Positions 18,095 through 26,854 of a stretch of DNA of 64,000 nucleotides are shown here, piece after piece. Each line of letters opens with the position of its first letter. Within the stretch, counting starts at the first letter, position 1. The stretch is from a virus. Made by a program: the position numbers and the translations under genes. The notes under the pieces were generated by a model, which was given only the letters and a program-made list of their open reading frames with translations, was not told the origin of the DNA and ran no database searches. The stretch is from positions 40,075 through 104,074 of the IMG/VR virus record IMGVR_UViG_3300025881_000008. One strand, given 5' to 3'.

Positions 18095-18992
18095 TCAAAA
18101 AAGAATCTAGATCGTCATCAGATGAAACGCTTGAAGTTGATTCTGTTTTTGCTGGAGCTTCCACTGGCTTTTCTGCTACCGCAGTTGCCGACTGTGTTGC
18201 TTTTTTAGGAGCACTCGATGTCATCTCAGCGATAGAGCTGCCTGGATTGATGTACATTCTCAATACGTCATTAACGAAAGATCTTGTATCTTCATCCCAT
18301 GCTTGGTAATCATAACCCTTTAAGGAAGGAGCAGCTTCTAGCTCAGCCTTAATTGTTGTCATGGTCTCTTTGTTACGCTCTGCTGGTGCATCACCCATAA
18401 TAATAGCTGATTTACTTGCTGAGAATTTAGACTTGTCATAGTTGTTGTAGTCACCTTGGCGAGTAATGATTAACTCAAAGTTCTTACCTTCAAAAAGGTC
18501 AAATACTTGTGTTGGTTCACCAAAGTCTGGTTTCAATTCTGCATCAATCTTCTCTTTGATCTTATAACCAAATTTAAATACTTTGTAAGTACCTTCTAGA
18601 TCTGGGTTCTGTGGATCTTTAATGATCTTGATTAGTGCATAATATTGCTGACGTCTTTTCAATTTCTCTGAAGACTTGCGGTCAACAGCTGAATCTGATT
18701 TACGTAGCTTCCAAAATACATCTGCAATAGGACATTTCTCACCAACAGTAGATGGACTATCAACTAGTTTACCATCACCGCTTGAGTTAGTTAGCCAGTG
18801 TACGTATTTTTGGATTAGGGAATTGCGAGGGTTTTCTGGATTAGGAACAAAACGAATTAATGCTTTGTAAGTTCCGTCTTTACCGTCGTCTGCGGTTGGT
18901 TTGTAGATCTCGTTAGTAGAACTACTTGCTTGTACTTGGTGGGTTTCTACGTCTTCCACACCTAAGTTAAAAATGTCAAATGAATCACTCAT
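18078..18992 (-). CDS. Single-stranded DNA-binding protein (T4 gp32-like)
   Basis: ALIRFVP, KCPI, IIKDPQNPDLEG, FKFGYKI, GKNFEL, NYDKSKF and the acidic tail DDDLDSFLNDL. Confidence 0.92.
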   Translation of the reverse strand: MSDSFDIFNLGVEDVETHQVQASSSTNEIYKPTADDGKDGTYKALIRFVPNPENPRNSLIQKYVHWLTNSSGDGKLVDSPSTVGEKCPIADVFWKLRKSDSAVDRKSSEKLKRRQQYYALIKIIKDPQNPDLEGTYKVFKFGYKIKEKIDAELKPDFGEPTQVFDLFEGKNFELIITRQGDYNNYDKSKFSASKSAIIMGDAPAERNKETMTTIKAELEAAPSLKGYDYQAWDEDTRSFVNDVLRMYINPGSSIAEMTSSAPKKATQSATAVAEKPVEAPAKTESTSSVSSDDDLDSFLNDLDI

Positions 18993-19046
18993 ACCTTTTA
19001 GTTGTTTAAATTTTTAAATTGTTTACCTTGAAATTACTTTCAGTTC

Positions 19047-19072
19047 TTATAATCGCGTACTAAAAAAAGTTT
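19047..19072 (-). promoter_or_regulatory. Putative phage promoter AAAC-N17-TATAA upstream of gp32
   Basis: GAAAC TTTTTTTAGTACGCGAT TATAAG on the minus strand. Confidence 0.6.
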
Positions 19073-19248
19073 CAACTATTAGTCAATGTTAAAATACTAT
19101 TACCGTTCTCTTTCCATCTACCGTCCTCGAGCTTAAGCAGCCCTGCTTTGTGGAGTAGTTCTTCACGCTCAGTTGTTGTGATCCTATTTTCTCGCACCAT
19201 CGTTATGAGGGCTTTATTGAGATGGATGAGTTCAGTTGTAGCTAACAT
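19072..19248 (-). CDS. Small hypothetical protein (58 aa)
   Basis: Hand translation MLATTELIHLNKALITMVRENRITTTEREELLHKAGLLKLEDGRWKENGNSILTLTNS; preceded by its own promoter-like motif. Confidence 0.6.
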   Translation of the reverse strand: MLATTELIHLNKALITMVRENRITTTEREELLHKAGLLKLEDGRWKENGNSILTLTNS

Positions 19249-19281
19249 TTTAAATAATTGTTACTGTTTATTAGTATACAT

Positions 19282-19374
19282 ATTATATATCTGAATTGCT
19301 TTTTGTTTCATCTAGAGCTTATTTTTATTTTTTTTTAAATAAATTGAAACAATTCTGAGCAACTAGCATATAAT
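19282..19374. promoter_or_regulatory. Divergent promoter pair around an AT-rich spacer
   Basis: Minus strand TGAAAC-N17-TATAAT (19282-19310); plus strand TGAAAC-N18-TATAAT (19345-19374). Confidence 0.55.
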
Positions 19375-19399
19375 AAATGTTCTTTAAGTCAGAGACAGA

Positions 19400-20050
19400 T
19401 TAGGCTGGAGGGTTGGCCATAAAGGCAACTAGGAAATAAGCGTCGACTAGATCGTCTAACGGCTTTGGGATCTTCTTCCCGACTTCAAGGTCTTTCACAA
19501 TTTTCCACAAAGGGCTTTTAGCTAAGACCGGGTCTTCATTCACATTTCTTTGAAAAGCCTCAAACAACTGGAGCTTGTTCATGTTACCTTTACCAGCAAA
19601 CTTCTTAATAGTAGTCGGGGCCACCGTCATGATGTCTTCGGGATTTAAGGTCTTTAAGAGTTTAAGTTTTAAGATTGCAGCGCCGGCTGCCATGTCAATC
19701 ATATTATTAGTCCCACCGTTAGAACCATATGAAGTGCCTTCGAATCCAATAGTAAACCCATCACCTTCAAAACTGTTTTGTAAGACCAGGTTTATTATGT
19801 CATCTGCCATTCTATCATAGCGCTTAACCTTGAGGAGTTCAGCACTTGAAAACGTTTCGTTATTTGTAAAGTCAGGTTGATCAACTAAAGTGACATCACT
19901 TAATAATGATATCTCTTCTTGAAGCCTTTGTTCTGCCTTTGTACCTGTTTTTGGTTTTATATAACTAATGAAATGGTATTTCTTACCTTTATCATTATAT
20001 AAGCAAATTCCTGGGGAATTAAGAGAAAAGTCTACTGCTAAAAAATTCAT
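19400..20050 (-). CDS. RuvC-like Holliday junction resolvase
   Basis: LAVDFSLNSPG, FEG, PTTIKKFAGKGNMNK and DDLVDAY acidic catalytic residues. Confidence 0.8.
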   Translation of the reverse strand: MNFLAVDFSLNSPGICLYNDKGKKYHFISYIKPKTGTKAEQRLQEEISLLSDVTLVDQPDFTNNETFSSAELLKVKRYDRMADDIINLVLQNSFEGDGFTIGFEGTSYGSNGGTNNMIDMAAGAAILKLKLLKTLNPEDIMTVAPTTIKKFAGKGNMNKLQLFEAFQRNVNEDPVLAKSPLWKIVKDLEVGKKIPKPLDDLVDAYFLVAFMANPPA

Positions 20051-20419
20051 TTAGATTCTTTTACCAAGACTAGCACCTAGTGCAGCGCCAACAAGTCTTG
20101 AGGTTAATAAATCATAGAAAATACCTTTTTCAATACCTAATACTTTAGCAATCATCTTACCAACTGATTTACCTAAAGCGAAACCAGTAAGACCACCAAT
20201 AATTGAACCAAAGAAACCTTCATTTGTAATTTCTTCATTAAGCCTTTCAATATCAAAGGTACCATCTTCATTTTTATATTCTAATGCGAATGATTCTAGG
20301 GCGGCATCAATCTTAGTCTCTAACTCAGGTGTCCATTCTTCTTGTAGACCCTCGTTAATAAGTTTGATATCCTGTTCTGTGACAGCATTTTCAACTAAGT
20401 ATGTATTAAATGTTTTCAT
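20051..20419 (-). CDS. Small virion protein with an acidic pro-region and a glycine-zipper C-terminal half
   Basis: MKTFNTYLVE start; ITNE followed by GFFGSIIGGLTGFALG...LVGAALGASLG. Confidence 0.6.
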   Translation of the reverse strand: MKTFNTYLVENAVTEQDIKLINEGLQEEWTPELETKIDAALESFALEYKNEDGTFDIERLNEEITNEGFFGSIIGGLTGFALGKSVGKMIAKVLGIEKGIFYDLLTSRLVGAALGASLGKRI

Positions 20420-20435
20420 ATTTTATATATCGTTT

Positions 20436-20987
20436 TTATTCTACTTCTAATCTTAGATTTAATCTATTGTAAAAGAAGGTAACATCAAATGTATTAAATG
20501 ACGCCACATTCTCTGCAAAATTCAAATTGAGTTCATTAATAGAATTCATAATTGAATCTGTAAATTCCATATAAGCTACCGATGCGCCTTCAGAATCTAA
20601 GATTCTTAAAGTCAACGGTTCTATATGTGTTTGTTTAGTTGTTCTTGCGTAATAATACAGTAATGTATCCATCATAATCCAATAATTAATAAAACCATCT
20701 AGTAACTGCATAGTCACCGTAAATTCTCTATTAATTACATTTTGAATCGGTAAAGCACCTCTGTGATATCTTTTAGTACCATCATTATCTTCTTGTGATA
20801 GTGGATCAAATGAAACACCTGGGATATTAATACCTTGAATACTATAGTTAACAAAATCAATAGGTTCAGATAATAGTCCACCTGGTACTTTATTTAAATA
20901 CTTCTTATACTTCTGTGCCACTTCCTCAGGAATAAATTTTCTGGGGAATTTAAAATCAAATGCATTATTTCTACTATTAAGAACCAT
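20436..20987 (-). CDS. Tail tube/terminator-like protein (gp19/gp3 fold)
   Basis: IQGINIPGVSF ... LTLRILD ... INELNLNF ... FDVTFFY pattern; 183 aa. Confidence 0.55.
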   Translation of the reverse strand: MVLNSRNNAFDFKFPRKFIPEEVAQKYKKYLNKVPGGLLSEPIDFVNYSIQGINIPGVSFDPLSQEDNDGTKRYHRGALPIQNVINREFTVTMQLLDGFINYWIMMDTLLYYYARTTKQTHIEPLTLRILDSEGASVAYMEFTDSIMNSINELNLNFAENVASFNTFDVTFFYNRLNLRLEVE

Positions 20988-20989
20988 AC

Positions 20990-23056
20990 TTAGTTAATAT
21001 TAAATTTACCAGATAAAATCATTGTTTCATCCACTCCATTATTAACGCTAATATAAAATGTAGAATTCTTCATACCTCTAATAGTGTTTGCGTTAGCTTC
21101 ACTAATTTTAAAAAGTACTTCACCTTCACCCATGTTTATATCTTTATTAGAAACGTGATTAAATTTTAATTTTTGTTTACCATCACCAAATGTCATAACT
21201 AAGTGTTCAGCATTTTCAAATGAAACGAACTCAACGTCGTCCTCTTTTTTCTTAGCAATTACAAATTTATAGTAAGATGTAAATGGTGGAATATTAATAA
21301 CTAGGTCGCCTTCTGATTTAAAAGATGATGTGTCTACCTCAGTAATACTTTGAGTCATAATGTTTTCATTAGAGCTATCAAATTGAATTTTAGCACTTGA
21401 AGCAATAACGTTATGTCTTTCAACAAATGCAGGTACATATTTTACAGTTCTAGGTAAATTGTCTGTGAATATTCCAGCTATAATTTTATTAGACGCTAAT
21501 TGTGGTAGTACGTTATAAACCTCTGTCAACTGATTAGGAGAATCAATTTTAAGTTTACTTAATTTTTTACCATATTTGGCAGCTTGATTAACTGATAGAC
21601 TAGCCCTCTTTACAATCTGTGTATTATCGGTTTGATTCCATATTTTCATAGTTACATCAATAGAAAAGCTAGATGCTATATTACTATTAACAATAACTGG
21701 TCTAAAAACAATAGGAGTATTAAAGTCCTCGTATTGTGTGTATGTTGTTTGAAAAGTTTTAACTTCAGTAGTACCTATGTTTTCGAACACATCAACATCG
21801 AATAAAACTGTTATATCATCTGATGTTGAAGTAATTTGATTTAAAATATATGCTTCAAAATTACCAATAGAGTTATCTTTCTCTCCGTATATTTTAAAAT
21901 AATCTCCATCTGCAGCATCCTCTATAACAACCGTGAAATCTTGAAATTCATCTTCTCTTGAAATAGTAAATTTATTCTCTTCACCAGTAATAAAATAATC
22001 ATAACCGTTTAGAGTTTCTAATCTATCTATTAATTTAAAAGTAACATTATAATTTGAAGTTGGATCTAAGTCGCTTGAACCGATACTGCCATCACCATAA
22101 AAAAGGTCTTCGAATTCAGCATTCTGATCTATTAAGGTTGGAACTTTAACTTCAATAAATTTACTATATAAAGTCTCACCTAAAATAAAAGGTTTAGGAT
22201 TTGCATATTCATAATTACTAGTATTTAAATAAACCAACTGTGTTAGGTAATTACTTATACCACTATTTCTTTTAGCCCCGATTTGAAATAAGAAACCTTC
22301 ATAACCCCTGGCAGCAAAACTATAACCACTTCTCAGGTGTAGTCTAATACTATCATACTTAATATAATTAATATTAGCAGTTGCATTAGTTTGTGAATTT
22401 AAAAGGTCTGTTTCATTTCCACCGGCCCAATTAACATTGTTGTTGATATAATTAAACATATCATAATCGCCGGTTGAATCATAACCTATTAATGCATACT
22501 TTGTGCCTGTGTTATCTGACTGCACAGCATGATATCTACCGATAGTCTGGTTAATATCATTGCCTGTATTTTCATCAGGACTTGCAAACAGAGGATTGGC
22601 TCTAGTATCAACGATTACTTTACCACCCTTCAGTCCTTCATATGTATATGAAACCGTACCATTTTGAGTTGGTGTAAATTGTCCGATTTGAGTTACGCTT
22701 GAATAAGAGTAAATTCCTAAAGATCCACCGATGTTGAATAATTCGGGATTGGGCAAAGCACTTAGATTAAACTTATAAGTTTTACCATTTTGCAATAAGA
22801 GAGTTCTCGCTGCAAAATTTTCAACAGCTAAATAGCCACTTACCGAAGTTACATCAAAATTTACTACCGCGCTACCTAATTCATTAATTAAGTGTCGCTG
22901 TTGTGAAGCATCACCTTTAACTGTATCTAAGAATTTAACCTCACTACCGTTGTCATCAACTTCTATTTGATACTTAGAAGGATTGCCTTGGTCGTGGTAT
23001 ATAAATTCAAGTAAGATGTCTGAATCTAAATAAAAATATCTTGATGATTGTGCCAT
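20990..23056 (-). CDS. Virion structural protein
   Basis: 688 aa, beta-rich, located in the tail module. Confidence 0.55.
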   Translation of the reverse strand: MAQSSRYFYLDSDILLEFIYHDQGNPSKYQIEVDDNGSEVKFLDTVKGDASQQRHLINELGSAVVNFDVTSVSGYLAVENFAARTLLLQNGKTYKFNLSALPNPELFNIGGSLGIYSYSSVTQIGQFTPTQNGTVSYTYEGLKGGKVIVDTRANPLFASPDENTGNDINQTIGRYHAVQSDNTGTKYALIGYDSTGDYDMFNYINNNVNWAGGNETDLLNSQTNATANINYIKYDSIRLHLRSGYSFAARGYEGFLFQIGAKRNSGISNYLTQLVYLNTSNYEYANPKPFILGETLYSKFIEVKVPTLIDQNAEFEDLFYGDGSIGSSDLDPTSNYNVTFKLIDRLETLNGYDYFITGEENKFTISREDEFQDFTVVIEDAADGDYFKIYGEKDNSIGNFEAYILNQITSTSDDITVLFDVDVFENIGTTEVKTFQTTYTQYEDFNTPIVFRPVIVNSNIASSFSIDVTMKIWNQTDNTQIVKRASLSVNQAAKYGKKLSKLKIDSPNQLTEVYNVLPQLASNKIIAGIFTDNLPRTVKYVPAFVERHNVIASSAKIQFDSSNENIMTQSITEVDTSSFKSEGDLVINIPPFTSYYKFVIAKKKEDDVEFVSFENAEHLVMTFGDGKQKLKFNHVSNKDINMGEGEVLFKISEANANTIRGMKNSTFYISVNNGVDETMILSGKFNIN

Positions 23057-23070
23057 TATTTATATTAATT

Positions 23071-23874
23071 TTAAAATCTTAACCATTTAGGAGAATAATA
23101 TAATCCTAATCCGATTGATGGACCAGTACTTATTACTTGATTGTTGTTTAGATTGATTCCATAACCGATACCAATCCCTATTGCCCAACCACCTTTTTTG
23201 GTAGGCTTTTGATTAAGTCTAGTATTAATTAAATTAATATTTTCTATATTACTAAAAGTTAATCCTGGATATGATGTAGAAATTTTTAATTGATCTGCTC
23301 CGTTTATTCTTTCTATGGCTGCTAATAGACTAATCGTATGTTCTATATCAAAAGAAGCATTTCCATAATTTAATCCAGTATCATGTCTTGTTATCAACAT
23401 ATTACCCATTAAATTTCTAGAATTACCATTACCAAAATCATCGAACTTAGAAAATGTTAATTTAGTTGTCGTTGAATCCACTTCAGATGATGTTACGTTA
23501 GCCAATAAACTATCTTTGATATCTATATCAGCTGATAAAAGAGTATTAACTTTGTTTAAATCCTTATTTAAATTAAGAGCCTTTCTGTATTTTAAAACTA
23601 ATTCATTTTGATCATCCTTTAAATCGTTAATATCAAATTCATAAGATCTTATTTTCGATATTAAATTACCATTTTCTGCTACCAATTGATTAACAGAATC
23701 CTTTGAAGCTAAATAATTATTTAAATTTCTATCTGCTGTTTGTTGAACTACCTCTAAACCATGTTTAAGATTTTCAGTTTGATTACACTGTCTTAGAAAC
23801 AATAAAACAAAAAGAGCACCCAATACAAATGTAAGGGTGTTCCTATTGCTGATTATTTTTTTAATTATATTCAT
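23071..23874 (-). CDS. Membrane-anchored coiled-coil protein with C-terminal beta-hairpin (spanin-like)
   Basis: N-terminal TM TLTFVLGALFVLLFL, coiled coil, and C-terminal WAIGIGIGYG...IGLGLYY..WLRF. Confidence 0.5.
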   Translation of the reverse strand: MNIIKKIISNRNTLTFVLGALFVLLFLRQCNQTENLKHGLEVVQQTADRNLNNYLASKDSVNQLVAENGNLISKIRSYEFDINDLKDDQNELVLKYRKALNLNKDLNKVNTLLSADIDIKDSLLANVTSSEVDSTTTKLTFSKFDDFGNGNSRNLMGNMLITRHDTGLNYGNASFDIEHTISLLAAIERINGADQLKISTSYPGLTFSNIENINLINTRLNQKPTKKGGWAIGIGIGYGINLNNNQVISTGPSIGLGLYYSPKWLRF

Positions 23875-23880
23875 TTTTAT

Positions 23881-25137
23881 TTATTCTTGAATTCCGTTAA
23901 AACCATCGTCTTTACCAAGTACGTCCTCATCCATTACGTTATGTACTAGGATTCCGCTTGCAAAATATACATCTTTATTTTCAACATTAAATGCATAAGT
24001 CGTAAAAGGCGCTTCTGTCTGAACCAATACGTTAGAGTTTACTAATACCCATTCATTGTTTTGATTTAACATACTATCACCAACTAAGACATCTTTAATT
24101 ACTTTAAATACAACTATGTCGTCAGATGTTTTAACTAAAACTGGGTGTTCTAACGTAAGTTGTAGTTCTCCATTGTTTATGTCATAATATGAAGAATAAG
24201 TATCTACATATATGTCATTTACCACAGCACTTGTATATTCATCAGAATAGTCAGCGGCTGAAATATTAAACTCTCTGTATATTGTTTCTACATCGCTTAA
24301 GCCGTTAATAGCCAACGATAACAGTGCATCTCCTAATACAATATCCTCTACTTTTTTAGTTTCTCCATTCGCTAAAGTAAGTAAATCACCAGCTAAGTGA
24401 CATCCACCACCACCGGTACCGCCACCGCCGGTGTCCACATAAGTTGTTGCTGTCGGGAATGGTGTTGGTGTTGGGTTTATAATTTCTTCAGAAGTTGGGC
24501 CCATAATTTCTCCAGAATCAGATTCGAGTACACAGTACCATGTGTCGCTTGTGCCATAGGGTGCAATTACAGTACAGTCAACATTCGTATTATTTATAGG
24601 TGAAAAAGTTTTAGTAAACCTATAAGTTCCATTAAATACATTAGGGTCTATTGTTACATTTGGACCAAATACGTTTGTTCCATCAACGCCCTCAGTATTA
24701 AAATCACTAGGTGCCACTGGACTAGTCTCACCATCAGCTACAATTGTATACGCTACATCAGTACTAAATGTCTGAGGTGTAAATACAAATCTATTACCAG
24801 ACGTTGTATTAGTTGCGAACGTGAACGCTGGGGTCGGTACAACCGGAGTTGCAGTCGGTACAACCGGAGTTGCAGTCGGTGAAGCCGGAGTTGCAGTCGG
24901 TGTTATTACCGTACCACCCGCTTGAGAAACTGATATAGTATCAGTAGTAGTTGTATTACTGTGCCTAACCGTTAACGTGGCAGATCTGGATGTACCAGAA
25001 TTAGCCGCCACAGTAATAATCCAATCATTACTAGTACCTACTTGATTTATGGTAATCCAGCTAGGCGGAGTATCCCACGAATAGGATGTGCCTAAAGGTG
25101 TGATATTTACCGTTCTTGTATAATCGTTTGCTGCCAT
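23881..25137 (-). CDS. BACON-domain fibre/decoration protein with a Pro/Thr linker and a C-terminal Hint domain
   Basis: PSWIT...VAANSGTSRSATLTV (BACON); PTATP repeats; GGGG-CHLAGD...LTLEHP...YFASGILVHN. Confidence 0.8.
   Translation of the reverse strand: MAANDYTRTVNITPLGTSYSWDTPPSWITINQVGTSNDWIITVAANSGTSRSATLTVRHSNTTTTDTISVSQAGGTVITPTATPASPTATPVVPTATPVVPTPAFTFATNTTSGNRFVFTPQTFSTDVAYTIVADGETSPVAPSDFNTEGVDGTNVFGPNVTIDPNVFNGTYRFTKTFSPINNTNVDCTVIAPYGTSDTWYCVLESDSGEIMGPTSEEIINPTPTPFPTATTYVDTGGGGTGGGGCHLAGDLLTLANGETKKVEDIVLGDALLSLAINGLSDVETIYREFNISAADYSDEYTSAVVNDIYVDTYSSYYDINNGELQLTLEHPVLVKTSDDIVVFKVIKDVLVGDSMLNQNNEWVLVNSNVLVQTEAPFTTYAFNVENKDVYFASGILVHNVMDEDVLGKDDGFNGIQE
23938..24402 (-). other. 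Hint (intein-like, endonuclease-free) autoprocessing domain, 155 aa
   Basis: Cys1, block B TxxH (TLEH) and terminal His-Asn; the +1 residue is Val. Confidence 0.85.
24833..24901. repeat. Short tandem repeat encoding a PTATP(VV/AS) linker
   Basis: ccggagttgcagtcggt occurs three times at 21-nt spacing. Confidence 0.85.
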
Positions 25138-25176
25138 GTTATTATTTATGTTTTTATATTTATCTTGTTTTTTATA

Positions 25177-26853
25177 TTAGCTTAAACCGCCACCTCCGCC
25201 ACATGCATCAAACGTGAATGTATAAACATTTGATATAACGTCTGGTAAGCCTGACCTAAGTTGTATTATTCTAAAATATTTAGTAGTATCACATGAGTTT
25301 GCAAAAATTAATCTCCTAGGTGAAGTACAATCGCCGGTATTACTACCCCACGGGCCTGTCGGTGATAATGAGTTTTGCACGGTAACTCCTGTACAATTTT
25401 CGATATCGCTCAATGTCCAATCGACATCAACTTCATCAGGATATGATAAAGATCCAAGGTCAGACAATACCCTATTTAATACTGCTGTTGCTGGAATTGG
25501 CGTTGGAGTCGGTGGAACCGAAGTTGGAGTAGGTGTTGGAGTTGGGCCTGCACCTGAGCCACTAGTTGGCGTTGGAGTTGGAGCAACATTAATCAACGTT
25601 ATCGTCCACACTACTTTAACATTAGAATCATTAGGGTGTGTTACAGTTACGTTGTATACCTTTCCAAGCGTTGATGCACTTGTAACCACTCTTATTCTAT
25701 TCAGACTTGGTTCCATTGTAATCGTTAAACCAGCCTGATCAACAGACACGTTACTAGAACTTGGATCTACACCGGCAGGTGTAATTCCGTAATTTAAGTA
25801 TAATGTTGTTGGTGTGTTATATGGTGCAGTTAGAACATTAGATCCATTTATTGTTAATTCTGCTGAACTAAATGGACTACCATCTGCTTTTGCATCAATA
25901 TCACCACCAGAAATACTAATAGTATCTGAAGCAGGTGAACCGTCGGCATTTGCTACAATATCACCACCAACAATACCAATACTATCACCAACTGGAGTGC
26001 CACAATCAGTACATAGTTCTCTCCACTCAGGAGTACCGCTGTTATTATAATAAGCTTCTACAATATCTAAATCAGTATTAAATCTAATCATACCAATCTG
26101 AGGCACAATAGGTCTTTGACCGGTTGTCCCTGCCGGCAATCTTAGATATCCTTTAAATTCTGCATTAATATCAACATCTAAGATACCAGATCCTAATGTT
26201 GACAATTTTATATTTGTATCAGCTAAAGAATTTATATTTACGAAATTTCCACTTAAGTTAAATGAAGAACTATTAGCAACTAAAGTTATCTTATCAGTAT
26301 TGACACCGTATTCTATTAAAGTATTGCCAAATGCATTTTGCCAATTAAATCTGGTATACCCATCTAAAACAGTACTAGTTAATACTAAATTTTTACTAAT
26401 ACCGCCTAGATCGTGATGACGTAATTTTATATAATTTTCAAAAATAACATCTCTACCGATATTTAGTCTAGCATTAGTTTCTATATCACCGTCTGTTAAG
26501 CCTTCTTCAAAATCAGAATCACCTAACCATATAATTGGCATATTTAGATCAGTCCCAACTTTAGGTTTTAGAATGCTAACTTCATTATTACCATCATTAT
26601 TTGTATCTACTTCAACAGTATACCATGGGCTATCAGTAGATCCTGCTACACCCTTTTCACCAATTGGTCCAACTTCACCCTTTTGACCTTTTTGTCCGGT
26701 CGAACCGACCTGGCCCTGATCACCCTTTTGGCCTTTAGGTCCAGCAGGCCCGCCGCCATTTGCTAAGATTTGATCAAAATTATAATTAATCTTTTCAAAC
26801 TTTATAGAGTCCGAATCGCTTGGGTGTAATATCTCTTGAATGTTAATTGCCAT
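25177..26853 (-). CDS. Tail fibre protein with collagen-like repeat
   Basis: KINYNFDQ N-terminus, (Gly-X-Y)n GPAGPKGQKGDQG..., LPAGTTGQRP..GMIRFNTD fibre motif and a PT linker. Confidence 0.75.
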   Translation of the reverse strand: MAINIQEILHPSDSDSIKFEKINYNFDQILANGGGPAGPKGQKGDQGQVGSTGQKGQKGEVGPIGEKGVAGSTDSPWYTVEVDTNNDGNNEVSILKPKVGTDLNMPIIWLGDSDFEEGLTDGDIETNARLNIGRDVIFENYIKLRHHDLGGISKNLVLTSTVLDGYTRFNWQNAFGNTLIEYGVNTDKITLVANSSSFNLSGNFVNINSLADTNIKLSTLGSGILDVDINAEFKGYLRLPAGTTGQRPIVPQIGMIRFNTDLDIVEAYYNNSGTPEWRELCTDCGTPVGDSIGIVGGDIVANADGSPASDTISISGGDIDAKADGSPFSSAELTINGSNVLTAPYNTPTTLYLNYGITPAGVDPSSSNVSVDQAGLTITMEPSLNRIRVVTSASTLGKVYNVTVTHPNDSNVKVVWTITLINVAPTPTPTSGSGAGPTPTPTPTSVPPTPTPIPATAVLNRVLSDLGSLSYPDEVDVDWTLSDIENCTGVTVQNSLSPTGPWGSNTGDCTSPRRLIFANSCDTTKYFRIIQLRSGLPDVISNVYTFTFDACGGGGGLS

Positions 26854-26854
26854 T

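Noticed and set aside
23938-24402. Mobile splicing intein
   Set aside because: No homing endonuclease, no Cys/Ser/Thr at +1, and not inserted in a conserved enzyme site; treated as a Hint/BIL-type domain.
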